Below, piece after piece: positions 19,031 through 27,049 of a stretch of DNA of 64,000 bases. Under the pieces are notes generated by a model that saw nothing but the letters and a program-made list of their open reading frames with translations, did no database searches and had not been told where the DNA came from. Numbering within the stretch: position 1 is the stretch's first letter; every line of letters starts with the position of its first letter. The stretch comes from Turneriella sp. (GTDB lineage Bacteria; Spirochaetota; Leptospiria; Turneriellales; Turneriellaceae). The translations under genes were made by a program, and so were the position numbers. Location of the stretch: assembly GCA_965279515.1 (NCBI GenBank), contig CBDIID010000003.1, positions 1,792,001 through 1,856,000 of the forward strand, written 5' to 3'.

Positions 19031-19862
19031 CATACAAGATAAAGTGGGTCTCGGTTGGCGACCTGAGATCGGCCTGGATATACTAAAGCACGCCGATCAG
19101 ATCGACCTCGTCGAAGTGATCGCCGATGATTTTTTCACAAAACCCAAAGCATTGCTGACGCTTAAGGCACAGCTGCCCATCGCCCTGCACGGGGTAACAA
19201 TGGGTCCGGCTTCGACATTTCCCGTAGAGAAAAAACGCATCGAGAATCTCGCACGCCTCGTGGATAAAGTAGAACCCGTTTTCTGGTCAGAGCACCTCGC
19301 CTTCGTACGAGCGGGTAAAATTGAAATCGGCCATCTCGCCGCCCCCCCGCGCAACGAGACAACTGTCGAAGGCACATGTCGAAACCTCGCGCAGATGCGG
19401 CGTATCATCGGCTCCATAGGGCTGCTGGAAAATGTGGCAAGCCTGATCGAACCACCTGCCAGCGATCTCAAGGAAGACGAATTCATTTCTGCTATTCTCG
19501 GGTCTTCCGATGGCATGCTGCTGCTGGATCTCCACAATCTTTATGCAAACTCGGTTAATTTCGGCTTCGATCCCTTCGTTTTTCTCGAGAAGATTTCGCA
19601 TGAAAAAATCGCGGCGATTCACCTTTCGGGGGGCCGAGTCCTACCCAACGGCAAAATCCTCGACGATCACATACACGACGTTCCCGATATTGTCTTCGCT
19701 CTTCTCGAAAAAACTGCTTCGCTCAAAAGAACACCGCTTACCGTCATCATCGAACGCGATGGTCGATATCCGAAGTTTACGGATTTATTGGCTCAAATCG
19801 GACGGGCGCGCCAGGCTCTACAGGCCGGGAGGGAGCAACTTGCGCACAACGCAGCAGTTTGA
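19002..19862 (+). CDS. DUF692 family multinuclear non-heme iron-dependent oxidative enzyme (MNIO); start uncertain (GTG 19002/19011/19014/19044 or ATA 19032)
   Basis: VGLGWRPE, LHGV, SEHL, LENV, LDLHNL, IHLSGG, DDH, IERD metal-ligand motifs. Confidence 0.93.
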   Translation: MAGVVAAAVDIQDKVGLGWRPEIGLDILKHADQIDLVEVIADDFFTKPKALLTLKAQLPIALHGVTMGPASTFPVEKKRIENLARLVDKVEPVFWSEHLAFVRAGKIEIGHLAAPPRNETTVEGTCRNLAQMRRIIGSIGLLENVASLIEPPASDLKEDEFISAILGSSDGMLLLDLHNLYANSVNFGFDPFVFLEKISHEKIAAIHLSGGRVLPNGKILDDHIHDVPDIVFALLEKTASLKRTPLTVIIERDGRYPKFTDLLAQIGRARQALQAGREQLAHNAAV

Positions 19863-20058
19863 ACTTTTTTTAGCACAGCTTTACACCGACGAGACCCTGC
19901 TCGCGCGATTTGTCATGAATCCGGCAGCAGAACTGGAAAGAACGGAGCTAAATCCCGTCGAAATCGCAGCATTAATGAAAGTCAATGCTGCGGATTTACA
20001 AGGCGCCGCGCAAAGCTTTCAAGCTAAAAGAAAAAAACGGGGCGGGCACCACATCTAG
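19840..20058 (+). CDS. 72-aa helical protein, probable MNIO partner
   Basis: GGGAG then TTG at 19840, overlapping the MNIO end; FLAQLYTDETLLARFVMNPAAEL...AQSFQAKR. Confidence 0.7.
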   Translation: MRTTQQFELFLAQLYTDETLLARFVMNPAAELERTELNPVEIAALMKVNAADLQGAAQSFQAKRKKRGGHHI

Positions 20059-20062
20059 CGCC

Positions 20063-22141
20063 TCAGCTTTTTTTCGCTGGCAGGGTTCGCATCACCCGTA
20101 AGAGCTCTTTCTCGAGGTAGGGCACGAGCGTCGTGACAAAGGTTTCGGTCAAATGGTGGGCATCGCGGTAAACCACGACATTGCCGATGATCGGCGGGCA
20201 TTGATCTTTGGTGCACATATACTCAGTCAGGTTAATAGTACCGACACCCGGAAACCCCTGCGCCGCAGTGACCAGGTTATCGCTCTGGCCGTCGAGGGTG
20301 ATATAGCGGGATTTCCAGCAGTGCGGCGATGCGACCCCGTTCCACATTAAACACTTCGGAATCTCTATCCAGCCGCCCTTCACATTGGTGAGCATGACCG
20401 GGTTGTCAGCCATGACAATGATGCGCGAACCATTCGCCTGTAGGCGGCGGAAAGTCTCGCGGTAACCTTCGATCTGTTTCTCGGCCGCGGGAAAACCGCC
20501 GTAGACACCCGTGCGGCCACCCGTGGAGACAACGTAGTCGGGTTTAGTCTCTGCTAGCCATTTATGAAAACGCATGCGAAAGCCGTCGCAGTCGCCGCGG
20601 TAACCGAACTCCGATGACCAGGTCGGAAACTCGCCGATCGTGCAGGCGATCTTTACCATCATCAAAAGCTTCCACTTCTGGCGTTTCGCGATAATGTCAA
20701 AGGCGGGGCCATACGACATGGTATGCGAGTCGCCGATGAGCGCCACGGTTACCTTGCCGTTTGGGTCTCCCAGCTCGCAGCGCTTACCCAGATTCATGCA
20801 CTCGAAGAAGCGATACCTGGTATCGCGCTCGGCGATGCGCAGGTTGGGTTTTAAGGGCACACCTTCAGGCACCGGTGCGGGATTCACTTTGTCGAGAGCT
20901 GCGGCGCCGGGATAACGCGGGTCTTTACCGTAGCTCTTTTCATTTTCTGCCTCGAGAATTTTCTGGCTACGCTCTTCTAAGACACGCACCGTCAGCGAGG
21001 CAACGGCGGAAAAAACCAACATCGCAAAAACCGTGGTGAATGCGCCACGGATAAACTGGCGGCGCGTGAGCTCGGGTGCCCGGAAACTGAAGCGGCCGTG
21101 GCGGAAGGGATCTTCGACAAGATATTTACTCAGCACAGCGAGCACGACGGTGGCAGCGATAATGATCGCCGGATCGTAAGGACGCGCGAAATCCTCACCG
21201 AAGGGTTTGAAGAAGACAATCAGCGGCCAATGCCAGAGGTAGAGTGAGTACGAAATATCACCGATATACTGCATCGGTTTGAGCGCGAGAATACGGTATG
21301 GAGAAAATGGCGCATCACCAGACAGAATGAGAAGAGCCGTACCCACGGTTGGAATCAAAGCCACCCAACCCGGAAAACGCATCTTCTCATTGATGAGAGC
21401 AATGGCCGCGATCACAGCCGCGAGCCCAATCCAGCCCATCGCGGTGCGTAAGCCTGGCGCGAGATTAATTTTTGTCGAGGCTACTGCAATGAATGCACCG
21501 AGGGCGAGTTCCCATGCGCGCGTGACGGTCGTGAAATATTCGGTGCCGGCCCAGCGCTGCGGCACGAGCGAACAATAAAGAGAAAAGCCGAAAATCGCCA
21601 CAATCAAAACGCCGGCATAGACGCGCACAGAGCCGCGGCCGAGCCGGCCAAAGAAGCCGGCGAGCGCGAGTAGTGGCGGCCAGATGACATAGAACTGTTC
21701 TTCGATCGAAAGCGACCAGTAGTGCTGCACGGGTGAGGGCGCGACGCCCTGTGCCCAGTAGTCGACAGCCTGCGCCACGAGCGCCCAGTTTTCGAGATAG
21801 AGCGCTGAGGCCATGATGTGGTGTGCCGACCCCACCCATTCGGTGCGCGCGAGAAAAAGCAAAGTGCCCACGAGCGCCACGAGAAGCACGAGCGTTGCGG
21901 CGGGCAATAGGCGGAGCATCCGCCTGCCCCAAAAACGCAAAAGGTCGAGCCTGCCCTCTTGCTCGATTTCACCGACGATGAGGCTGGTGATCAAATAACC
22001 CGAGATAACAAAGAACACGTCGACGCCGACAAAGCCGCCCTTGAAGATTTTTGGCCAAACATGGAAGATGAGAACGGCGACGACGGCGATCGCGCGCAGG
22101 CCCTGTAAATCGGGGCGAAAACTCAGACGGGCAACAGACAT
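20063..22141 (-). CDS. AT3-SGNH O-acetyltransferase (OafA/OatA-like)
   Basis: DLQGLRAIA, GVDVFFVISGYLIT, HYWSLSIEEQFY; C-terminal GDSH and DAHH. Confidence 0.93.
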   Translation of the reverse strand: MSVARLSFRPDLQGLRAIAVVAVLIFHVWPKIFKGGFVGVDVFFVISGYLITSLIVGEIEQEGRLDLLRFWGRRMLRLLPAATLVLLVALVGTLLFLARTEWVGSAHHIMASALYLENWALVAQAVDYWAQGVAPSPVQHYWSLSIEEQFYVIWPPLLALAGFFGRLGRGSVRVYAGVLIVAIFGFSLYCSLVPQRWAGTEYFTTVTRAWELALGAFIAVASTKINLAPGLRTAMGWIGLAAVIAAIALINEKMRFPGWVALIPTVGTALLILSGDAPFSPYRILALKPMQYIGDISYSLYLWHWPLIVFFKPFGEDFARPYDPAIIIAATVVLAVLSKYLVEDPFRHGRFSFRAPELTRRQFIRGAFTTVFAMLVFSAVASLTVRVLEERSQKILEAENEKSYGKDPRYPGAAALDKVNPAPVPEGVPLKPNLRIAERDTRYRFFECMNLGKRCELGDPNGKVTVALIGDSHTMSYGPAFDIIAKRQKWKLLMMVKIACTIGEFPTWSSEFGYRGDCDGFRMRFHKWLAETKPDYVVSTGGRTGVYGGFPAAEKQIEGYRETFRRLQANGSRIIVMADNPVMLTNVKGGWIEIPKCLMWNGVASPHCWKSRYITLDGQSDNLVTAAQGFPGVGTINLTEYMCTKDQCPPIIGNVVVYRDAHHLTETFVTTLVPYLEKELLRVMRTLPAKKS

Positions 22142-22221
22142 TGAGGGTTAAGCGAGGCCGCTTGTTCAAGCGTAAACTCTGTTTCCGGCGGATGGCTCCC
22201 GGCAGCGAGTTCTGGTTAAAT

Positions 22222-22287
22222 TATTCAACTAATTAGTTTAATAGTTGACGGACCATGGGCGCCAGTTTATTCAACCACATGGTTGAA
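22222..22287. promoter_or_regulatory. Two ArsR-type palindromic operators, one covering the start codon
   Basis: TATTCAACTAATTAGTTTAATA (22222-22243) and TTCAACCA-CA-TGGTTGAA (22270-22287); TTGACG at 22245. Confidence 0.75.
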
Positions 22288-22659
22288 CTAAATAAAGCCC
22301 AGCAAAATCTCGACCTGGTCTTTGCCGCGCTGGCCGACCATTCGCGCCGGCAGATGCTTGTGCAGCTGCGCCAGAAGAGTCTCAGCATCTCTGAGCTGGC
22401 AGCGCCTTTCAAGATGTCTTTCGCCGGCGTAGCGAAACATGTCGAAGTGCTGAGTACAGCTGGCCTCGTACGCAAGGTGCGCGCGGCCGACGATGGCCGC
22501 AGTTACCGCATCGAACTGCAGAACAGCACCTTAAACGAGGCATCCGACTGGATCACCTACCACAAGCAGTTCTGGATGAACAAACTGGATCAATTAGAAG
22601 CATTCATTGAGGAGGAAAACAATGGAAACAGAAGTTCTAAAAGTAGAAAAAAAAATTAA
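22279..22659 (+). CDS. ArsR/SmtB family transcriptional regulator
   Basis: LDLVFAALADHSRRQML, ELAAPFKMSFAGVAKHVEVL..AGLV. Confidence 0.92.
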   Translation: MVELNKAQQNLDLVFAALADHSRRQMLVQLRQKSLSISELAAPFKMSFAGVAKHVEVLSTAGLVRKVRAADDGRSYRIELQNSTLNEASDWITYHKQFWMNKLDQLEAFIEEENNGNRSSKSRKKN

Positions 22660-23539
22660 CGCAGAGCCCGCGCGGCTCTTTCGCGCCTGGACCACGGCGA
22701 AGGATTTTTCGCGCTGGTTTTTGCCGGGCGCGCCGGTGAGTATCGGCGCCGTAACGCTCGATGCGCGCCCGGGTGGGCGTTTTCGTATCGACATGGTAGT
22801 CGACGGCGTCTTGCGCCCGCACGAGGGCGAGTACCAGGTCGTCGAGGAAGCGAAAAAGCTCGTCTTCACCTGGCGCTCGTTCATGACCGAAGGCCGCGAC
22901 TCGCTCGTCACCATTGACTTCGCTGCCGAAGGGAGCGGCACGCTCCTGACTCTCATCCATGAAAAACTGCCGGGCGACGCGGCGACGATTCAGGCGCACC
23001 GTGAAGGCTGGACGAGTATCCTGGGCGGCCTCGACGCATACATTACCACAGCGTTAACAAACAAAAAACAAGGGGAACAAATGAAAAATAACACAACAAC
23101 GGAAGTTGAGGATTTTACAATGGTACTGTCCACGGACAAAAGCGCGGAGGAAGTCTTCGATGCGGTCACGAACGTACGCGGCTGGTGGTCAGCGAAACTC
23201 AAGGGAAATTCAAAAAAGCAAGGCGATGAATTTGAATTCCAGTATGAGGACATGCATTATTCGACGCAGAAACTCATCGAGGTGATACCCAACAAAAAAG
23301 TCGTCTGGCTCGTCACTGACAGCCGCCTCACCTTTCTCAAAAAAGATCAGGATGAATGGACGGGTACCAAAGTCAGCTTTGAAATCAGCGCAAAGGGTAA
23401 AAAAACCGAAGTGCGGTTCACGCATTTCGGCCTCGTACCTGAAATCGAATGTTTCGAAGCGTGCTCCGAAGGCTGGACCCACTATCTGAAAAACAGCCTG
23501 CTGAAGCTCATCAACACAGGCAAAGGCAAGCCGGACTAA
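22622..23539 (+). CDS. Tandem SRPBCC/AHSA1 domain protein
   Basis: GAGGAGG then ATG 22622; two START-like domains, ending in HREGW and CSEGW. Confidence 0.88.
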   Translation: METEVLKVEKKINAEPARLFRAWTTAKDFSRWFLPGAPVSIGAVTLDARPGGRFRIDMVVDGVLRPHEGEYQVVEEAKKLVFTWRSFMTEGRDSLVTIDFAAEGSGTLLTLIHEKLPGDAATIQAHREGWTSILGGLDAYITTALTNKKQGEQMKNNTTTEVEDFTMVLSTDKSAEEVFDAVTNVRGWWSAKLKGNSKKQGDEFEFQYEDMHYSTQKLIEVIPNKKVVWLVTDSRLTFLKKDQDEWTGTKVSFEISAKGKKTEVRFTHFGLVPEIECFEACSEGWTHYLKNSLLKLINTGKGKPD

Positions 23540-23598
23540 GAGAGAGGGCCAGGCTCGCCCCTAACCCCGGCCCTTCCCCCAAGTCTGGGGGAAGGGAG
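23540..23598 (+). repeat. GC-rich REP-like palindromic element between convergent genes
   Basis: CCCCTAACCCCGG then hairpin CCCTTCCCCCA-AGTC-TGGGGGAAGGG. Confidence 0.7.
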
Positions 23599-23599
23599 C

Positions 23600-24124
23600 C
23601 TACAAATGAAATCCCAAACCAAAACTCAGGCGGATTTCACTCATACTCACCGCGCCGACCGTCGGATACAGCAATTCACCATACACGTACCGGATATTAA
23701 TCGTGAAGTGAAACAACGCTTCGGAAAAATAATGCACGCCGGCAAAGGGCGAAAACACAGGCATCAATCGCAGGCTCGAATATGCCGGGCTGTCCATCTG
23801 CGCGAGGCCGAAGCCCGGCTGGAATCCCACATAGGGCGAAAGCTGCCAGAGCTTATCGAAGTTATAGACAATACCGAGAAAACCCTGGTAGTTCTGTTTT
23901 AATCCGCCGGCATCGCCCTTGCCCAATAGCACAAAGCCGTCGGACCGGAGCGAAATTTTCCCCGATGGATAAATCTCGAACTCGCCACCAAGACCGTAGG
24001 TTGTGGTTTTTTGCGCGGTGAGATAGCCCGGCGTGAATGTCAGCAGCGCGCGGACTGTTGCGGGTTTTGTTTCTGCTGCAAGGGCCGTTACCGCCAGAAG
24101 CAGAATTACAAAATATCTTACCAT
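23600..24124 (-). CDS. Small outer-membrane beta-barrel-like protein
   Basis: Signal peptide, alternating beta strands, ends LSFGLGFHL. Confidence 0.7.
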   Translation of the reverse strand: MVRYFVILLLAVTALAAETKPATVRALLTFTPGYLTAQKTTTYGLGGEFEIYPSGKISLRSDGFVLLGKGDAGGLKQNYQGFLGIVYNFDKLWQLSPYVGFQPGFGLAQMDSPAYSSLRLMPVFSPFAGVHYFSEALFHFTINIRYVYGELLYPTVGAVSMSEIRLSFGLGFHL

Positions 24125-24765
24125 ATGTTCCCCACGCGGTAATTGAGGCTGAATGTGAAAAGCAGGTGGCCTTCGAAGGAATGATCTGCTTTGCTGATTG
24201 TCAGAACGTTGTTGTCGATCGACGTGTGTAAATCTTTGCCCAGGTGCAGCATATACTGCGCCGAAAGCGAAAGATTGAAACGATCGCTGAGATGATAGTG
24301 TGTACCGAGCCCCGCCTGCACAGCAGAACTGAAACGCTCTTCGCCGCTATTATCCGAATAACGCGCGACGCGTGTGTAGTCGAAACAGTGGCCGGCAATG
24401 AGATAGGGAGTGAATGCCTGCGGCGTGTAGGGATTCGCAAACGGATAAAAGAGCACCGACCAGCCAACGTGCGCATCCTGGCGATAGCCCTGCGAACCGA
24501 TATCGGCGGTGATATAGTCGGCAAACCATTCCGTGCCCAAAGATTCAAGCAAGCGAATCCGGAACTGCCCGCCGGTGCCGTAGCTGGTACTCGCATGATC
24601 GCCGAAAAAACTCGCGCTGGTACGCGCGCCGAGCTCGAATTGGCCGGCGGGTTTCTCTTCGGCGAAGAGACTAACGTTCATGAGAAGCATGCACCCGAGC
24701 AGTAGCCCAACCCCACCCCACTGACGTGGAGAGGCGGTTAGGGGGTGGGGCCTAGTAGAAGTCAA
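24118..24765 (-). CDS. Outer-membrane beta-barrel-like protein
   Basis: Signal ending SLFA; PYLIAG, QAGLGTHY and FSLNY strands; TTG start uncertain. Confidence 0.7.
   Translation of the reverse strand: MTSTRPHPLTASPRQWGGVGLLLGCMLLMNVSLFAEEKPAGQFELGARTSASFFGDHASTSYGTGGQFRIRLLESLGTEWFADYITADIGSQGYRQDAHVGWSVLFYPFANPYTPQAFTPYLIAGHCFDYTRVARYSDNSGEERFSSAVQAGLGTHYHLSDRFNLSLSAQYMLHLGKDLHTSIDNNVLTISKADHSFEGHLLFTFSLNYRVGNIW
24706..24750 (-). repeat. REP-like element copy within the 5' end of an OMP gene
   Basis: CCCCACCCCCTAACCGCCTCTCCACGTCAGTGGGG; 15 nt identical to the 25723-25762 copy. Confidence 0.7.
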
Positions 24766-25771
24766 ACCAGATTCCTATGATCGCCTGCGCGTAGGGACCA
24801 GTGAGCGGTGTTTTGGGCCCGCCGCTGACCGGAACGAAATCATTGATACCACCCATCGCCCAATTGGATTGTGCAAATGCCACATCGTAACCAGCCTTAG
24901 CACCGAGCGCCAGACCGAAAACTCCTTTATCTGTGGTGAGTACAGGCAGACGGTATGTGACCTGCACACCGCCGGTCATAAGAAACGAGAGTGAACTGAG
25001 CACCGCTCCACGCTGACCTGTGGAGACGATATTTCCGAAACTGTCGCCCATTGTGTTTGTCATGATGAGATTGTAACCAGCGAGACCACCACCGATATAG
25101 GGGAAGACATCCAAGCGATCGCTGGTATAAATCAGATAACCCAGTATGCCTAAACCGCGGAAGGCGGAGAAAGAATTGCGTATCGAATTACCGCCGACAT
25201 TCGCCTCGCGCCCCGCGCCCCAAAGCCAGGTGCCCTCGAGCCCCAGCACAACGCGGCTGATTGTCACTTGCGCCACGCCGCCCAGGGTGAAAAAATTTTC
25301 CGGTACAGCCTGGTAGCCGCGCGGCGTCAGTGTATCATTGAGATCGGTCAGTGAAAGTTTTTGCCAACCGAGGGTCACTCCACCGGTAAAATTGCGTAAT
25401 GTGAGAACGTTGAAGAGCGTAATGCCGGGCGTGCCCTGCGCGGGCTTTCCCGAGACCGCCGCGGCCCGCGCGGCGCCGGAATCATAGACCACCTCGCTGA
25501 TTTCGGATCGCTTGATCTTTTTCAGCGCATCGCCTTTGCCGGAGAGAATGACATATTCAGGGTTATCGGACTCGATTTTACCTTCTTCAAACGTGTTGTT
25601 TTTGAGGAGGACTTTGTCGGGGAAAAGTGAAGTTGAAAATATGAATAGGGCCAAACCCCACCCCGACGCAAGAGCGCCGACCCGCCCCACTGCGGGGAGA
25701 GGATGTTTTGGGATTTCTTTTTCCCCCTCTCCACATCGTGGGGAGGGGGTTAGGGGGTGGGGTGTATTCAT
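24752..25771 (-). CDS. Outer-membrane beta-barrel-like protein with N-terminal beta domain
   Basis: ATG 25771 just after the ECF motif; hydrophobic signal LALFIFSTSLFP; ends IIGIWFDFY. Confidence 0.72.
   Translation of the reverse strand: MNTPHPLTPSPRCGEGEKEIPKHPLPAVGRVGALASGWGLALFIFSTSLFPDKVLLKNNTFEEGKIESDNPEYVILSGKGDALKKIKRSEISEVVYDSGAARAAAVSGKPAQGTPGITLFNVLTLRNFTGGVTLGWQKLSLTDLNDTLTPRGYQAVPENFFTLGGVAQVTISRVVLGLEGTWLWGAGREANVGGNSIRNSFSAFRGLGILGYLIYTSDRLDVFPYIGGGLAGYNLIMTNTMGDSFGNIVSTGQRGAVLSSLSFLMTGGVQVTYRLPVLTTDKGVFGLALGAKAGYDVAFAQSNWAMGGINDFVPVSGGPKTPLTGPYAQAIIGIWFDFY
25656..25762 (-). repeat. Composite REP-like palindromic element inside the CDS N-terminus
   Basis: CCCCACCCCCTAACCCCCTCCCCACGATGTGGAGAGGGGG plus a second CCTCTCCCCGCAGTGGGG...GGGGTGGGG unit. 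Confidence 0.72.
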
Positions 25772-25776
25772 ACCTG

Positions 25777-25810
25777 TATCGTGACACCAAATTGCAAAAA
25801 CCGTCAGATT
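25777..25810 (-). promoter_or_regulatory. ECF-type promoter of the OMP operon
   Basis: AATCTGACGG-N14-TGTCACGATA, identical boxes and spacing to 29690-29723. Confidence 0.8.
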
Positions 25811-25828
25811 TTCGAAAAAAATACTCCT

Positions 25829-25843
25829 GTAAGGTTCCGTTAA
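25829..25843 (+). promoter_or_regulatory. CpxR/OmpR-like direct-repeat box upstream of the spy/cpxP-like gene
   Basis: GTAAG-N5-GTTAA resembles the GTAAA-N5-GTAAA consensus. Confidence 0.45.
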
Positions 25844-25888
25844 CAATCACCCGGTAGATTGCTATCAATAGTTCTTTAGGAGGACACA

Positions 25889-26341
25889 ATGATTTTAGGA
25901 AGAATTCTCATGTTTGTAGCGGGGGCAGGCCTCATCGCCATGTCACTCGGCGCCTGCCGCAGGCATTGCGGGCACGGTTTTGGACAGCTGAAGGAAAAAC
26001 ACTTCAACTATATCAGCAAAAAACTTGCGAGCAAGCTCGATCTTGACGACGCCCAAAAGGCAAAACTCGAAACGATCAAAAACGAGCTGGTAGCCAAAAT
26101 GGGCAGCTTCAAGTCGATGCGCAAGGATGTGCAATTGGAGCTCGTCAACCAGCTGAACGCCGATAAGTTCGACGACCAGAAGGTGAACAAACTTTTTGAA
26201 AGCAAAGAAAAGGAATGGGCAGAAACGCGTAAATTTCTGACAGCAAAAATGTCGGAGTTCCACGCCATGCTGAAACCGGAACAAAGAAAGAAACTTGCAG
26301 CTTTGATCGAAGATCGTATCAAATCCTGCGATAAAGAATAA
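25889..26341 (+). CDS. Spy/CpxP family periplasmic chaperone (probable lipoprotein)
   Basis: LDLDDAQK and LKPEQRKK (LTxxQ-like) motifs; LGAC lipobox. Confidence 0.85.
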   Translation: MILGRILMFVAGAGLIAMSLGACRRHCGHGFGQLKEKHFNYISKKLASKLDLDDAQKAKLETIKNELVAKMGSFKSMRKDVQLELVNQLNADKFDDQKVNKLFESKEKEWAETRKFLTAKMSEFHAMLKPEQRKKLAALIEDRIKSCDKE

Positions 26342-26347
26342 CCGAAA

Positions 26348-26369
26348 GGCCTGCCCGCAAGGGCAGGCC
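26348..26369 (+). terminator. Intra-operon hairpin (stabiliser or weak terminator)
   Basis: GGCCTGCCC-GCAA-GGGCAGGCC; no U-tract. Confidence 0.55.
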
Positions 26370-26377
26370 GATTATTA

Positions 26378-27049
26378 ATGAAGAAAATCCTGCTGATTGA
26401 TGACGACGAAAAACTCGGTAAACTCCTTTCTGAGTACCTTCGCAATTTTAACTTTGAAATCATTTCGGCGCTGAATGCGTCCAGTGGGCTCGGTAAGGTC
26501 AGGGGACAAAATCCGGAGCTCATCTTAATCGACATCATGCTGCCCGGCAAATCGGGTCTCGAATTACTCAAAGATATTCGCCAGATCAGCTCTGTGCCGA
26601 TTCTGATGCTGACCGCCCGCGGCGACGTCGCCGACAAGGTGCTCGGCCTCGAGAATGGCGCCGACGACTACCTGGCAAAACCCTTCGAGCCGCGCGAATT
26701 GGCGGCGCGAATGCAGTCCCTGCTGCGCCGTAGCGCGCAGCAATTCAAGGCGATGCGCGCGGGTGAACTCGAAATTAAAACAGAGGAACGCCGTGTACTT
26801 CTTGCCGGCGCTGAAATCGAGACAACGGCATTTGAATTTATCTTGCTGAAAACCCTGGCACAAAGCCCCGGCAAAGTTTTTTCCCGCGACGAACTCGTCG
26901 CCGCTATGCACGGCGAGGAATTTTCTGTTTTAAACCGATCGCTCGACGTCATTATCAAACGCCTGCGTGACAAGCTCAAGGACGACGCGCAAAATCCGCG
27001 TTTCATCAAGACTGTCAGGGGAATGGGGTATGCCTTTGTCGCTCGTTAA
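26378..27049 (+). CDS. OmpR/CpxR family response regulator
   Basis: IDDD, DIMLP, GADDYLAKPF, IKTVRGMGY. Confidence 0.95.
   Translation: MKKILLIDDDEKLGKLLSEYLRNFNFEIISALNASSGLGKVRGQNPELILIDIMLPGKSGLELLKDIRQISSVPILMLTARGDVADKVLGLENGADDYLAKPFEPRELAARMQSLLRRSAQQFKAMRAGELEIKTEERRVLLAGAEIETTAFEFILLKTLAQSPGKVFSRDELVAAMHGEEFSVLNRSLDVIIKRLRDKLKDDAQNPRFIKTVRGMGYAFVAR

Noticed and set aside
19510..19839. 182-aa ORF beginning MACCCW as a Cys-rich precursor
   Set aside because: Lies inside the MNIO coding region in another frame; only the part from TTG 19840 has an RBS and protein-like sequence.
23540..25762. GC-rich repeats as a CRISPR array or IS ends
   Set aside because: Copies are degenerate and irregularly spaced, with no cas or transposase gene.
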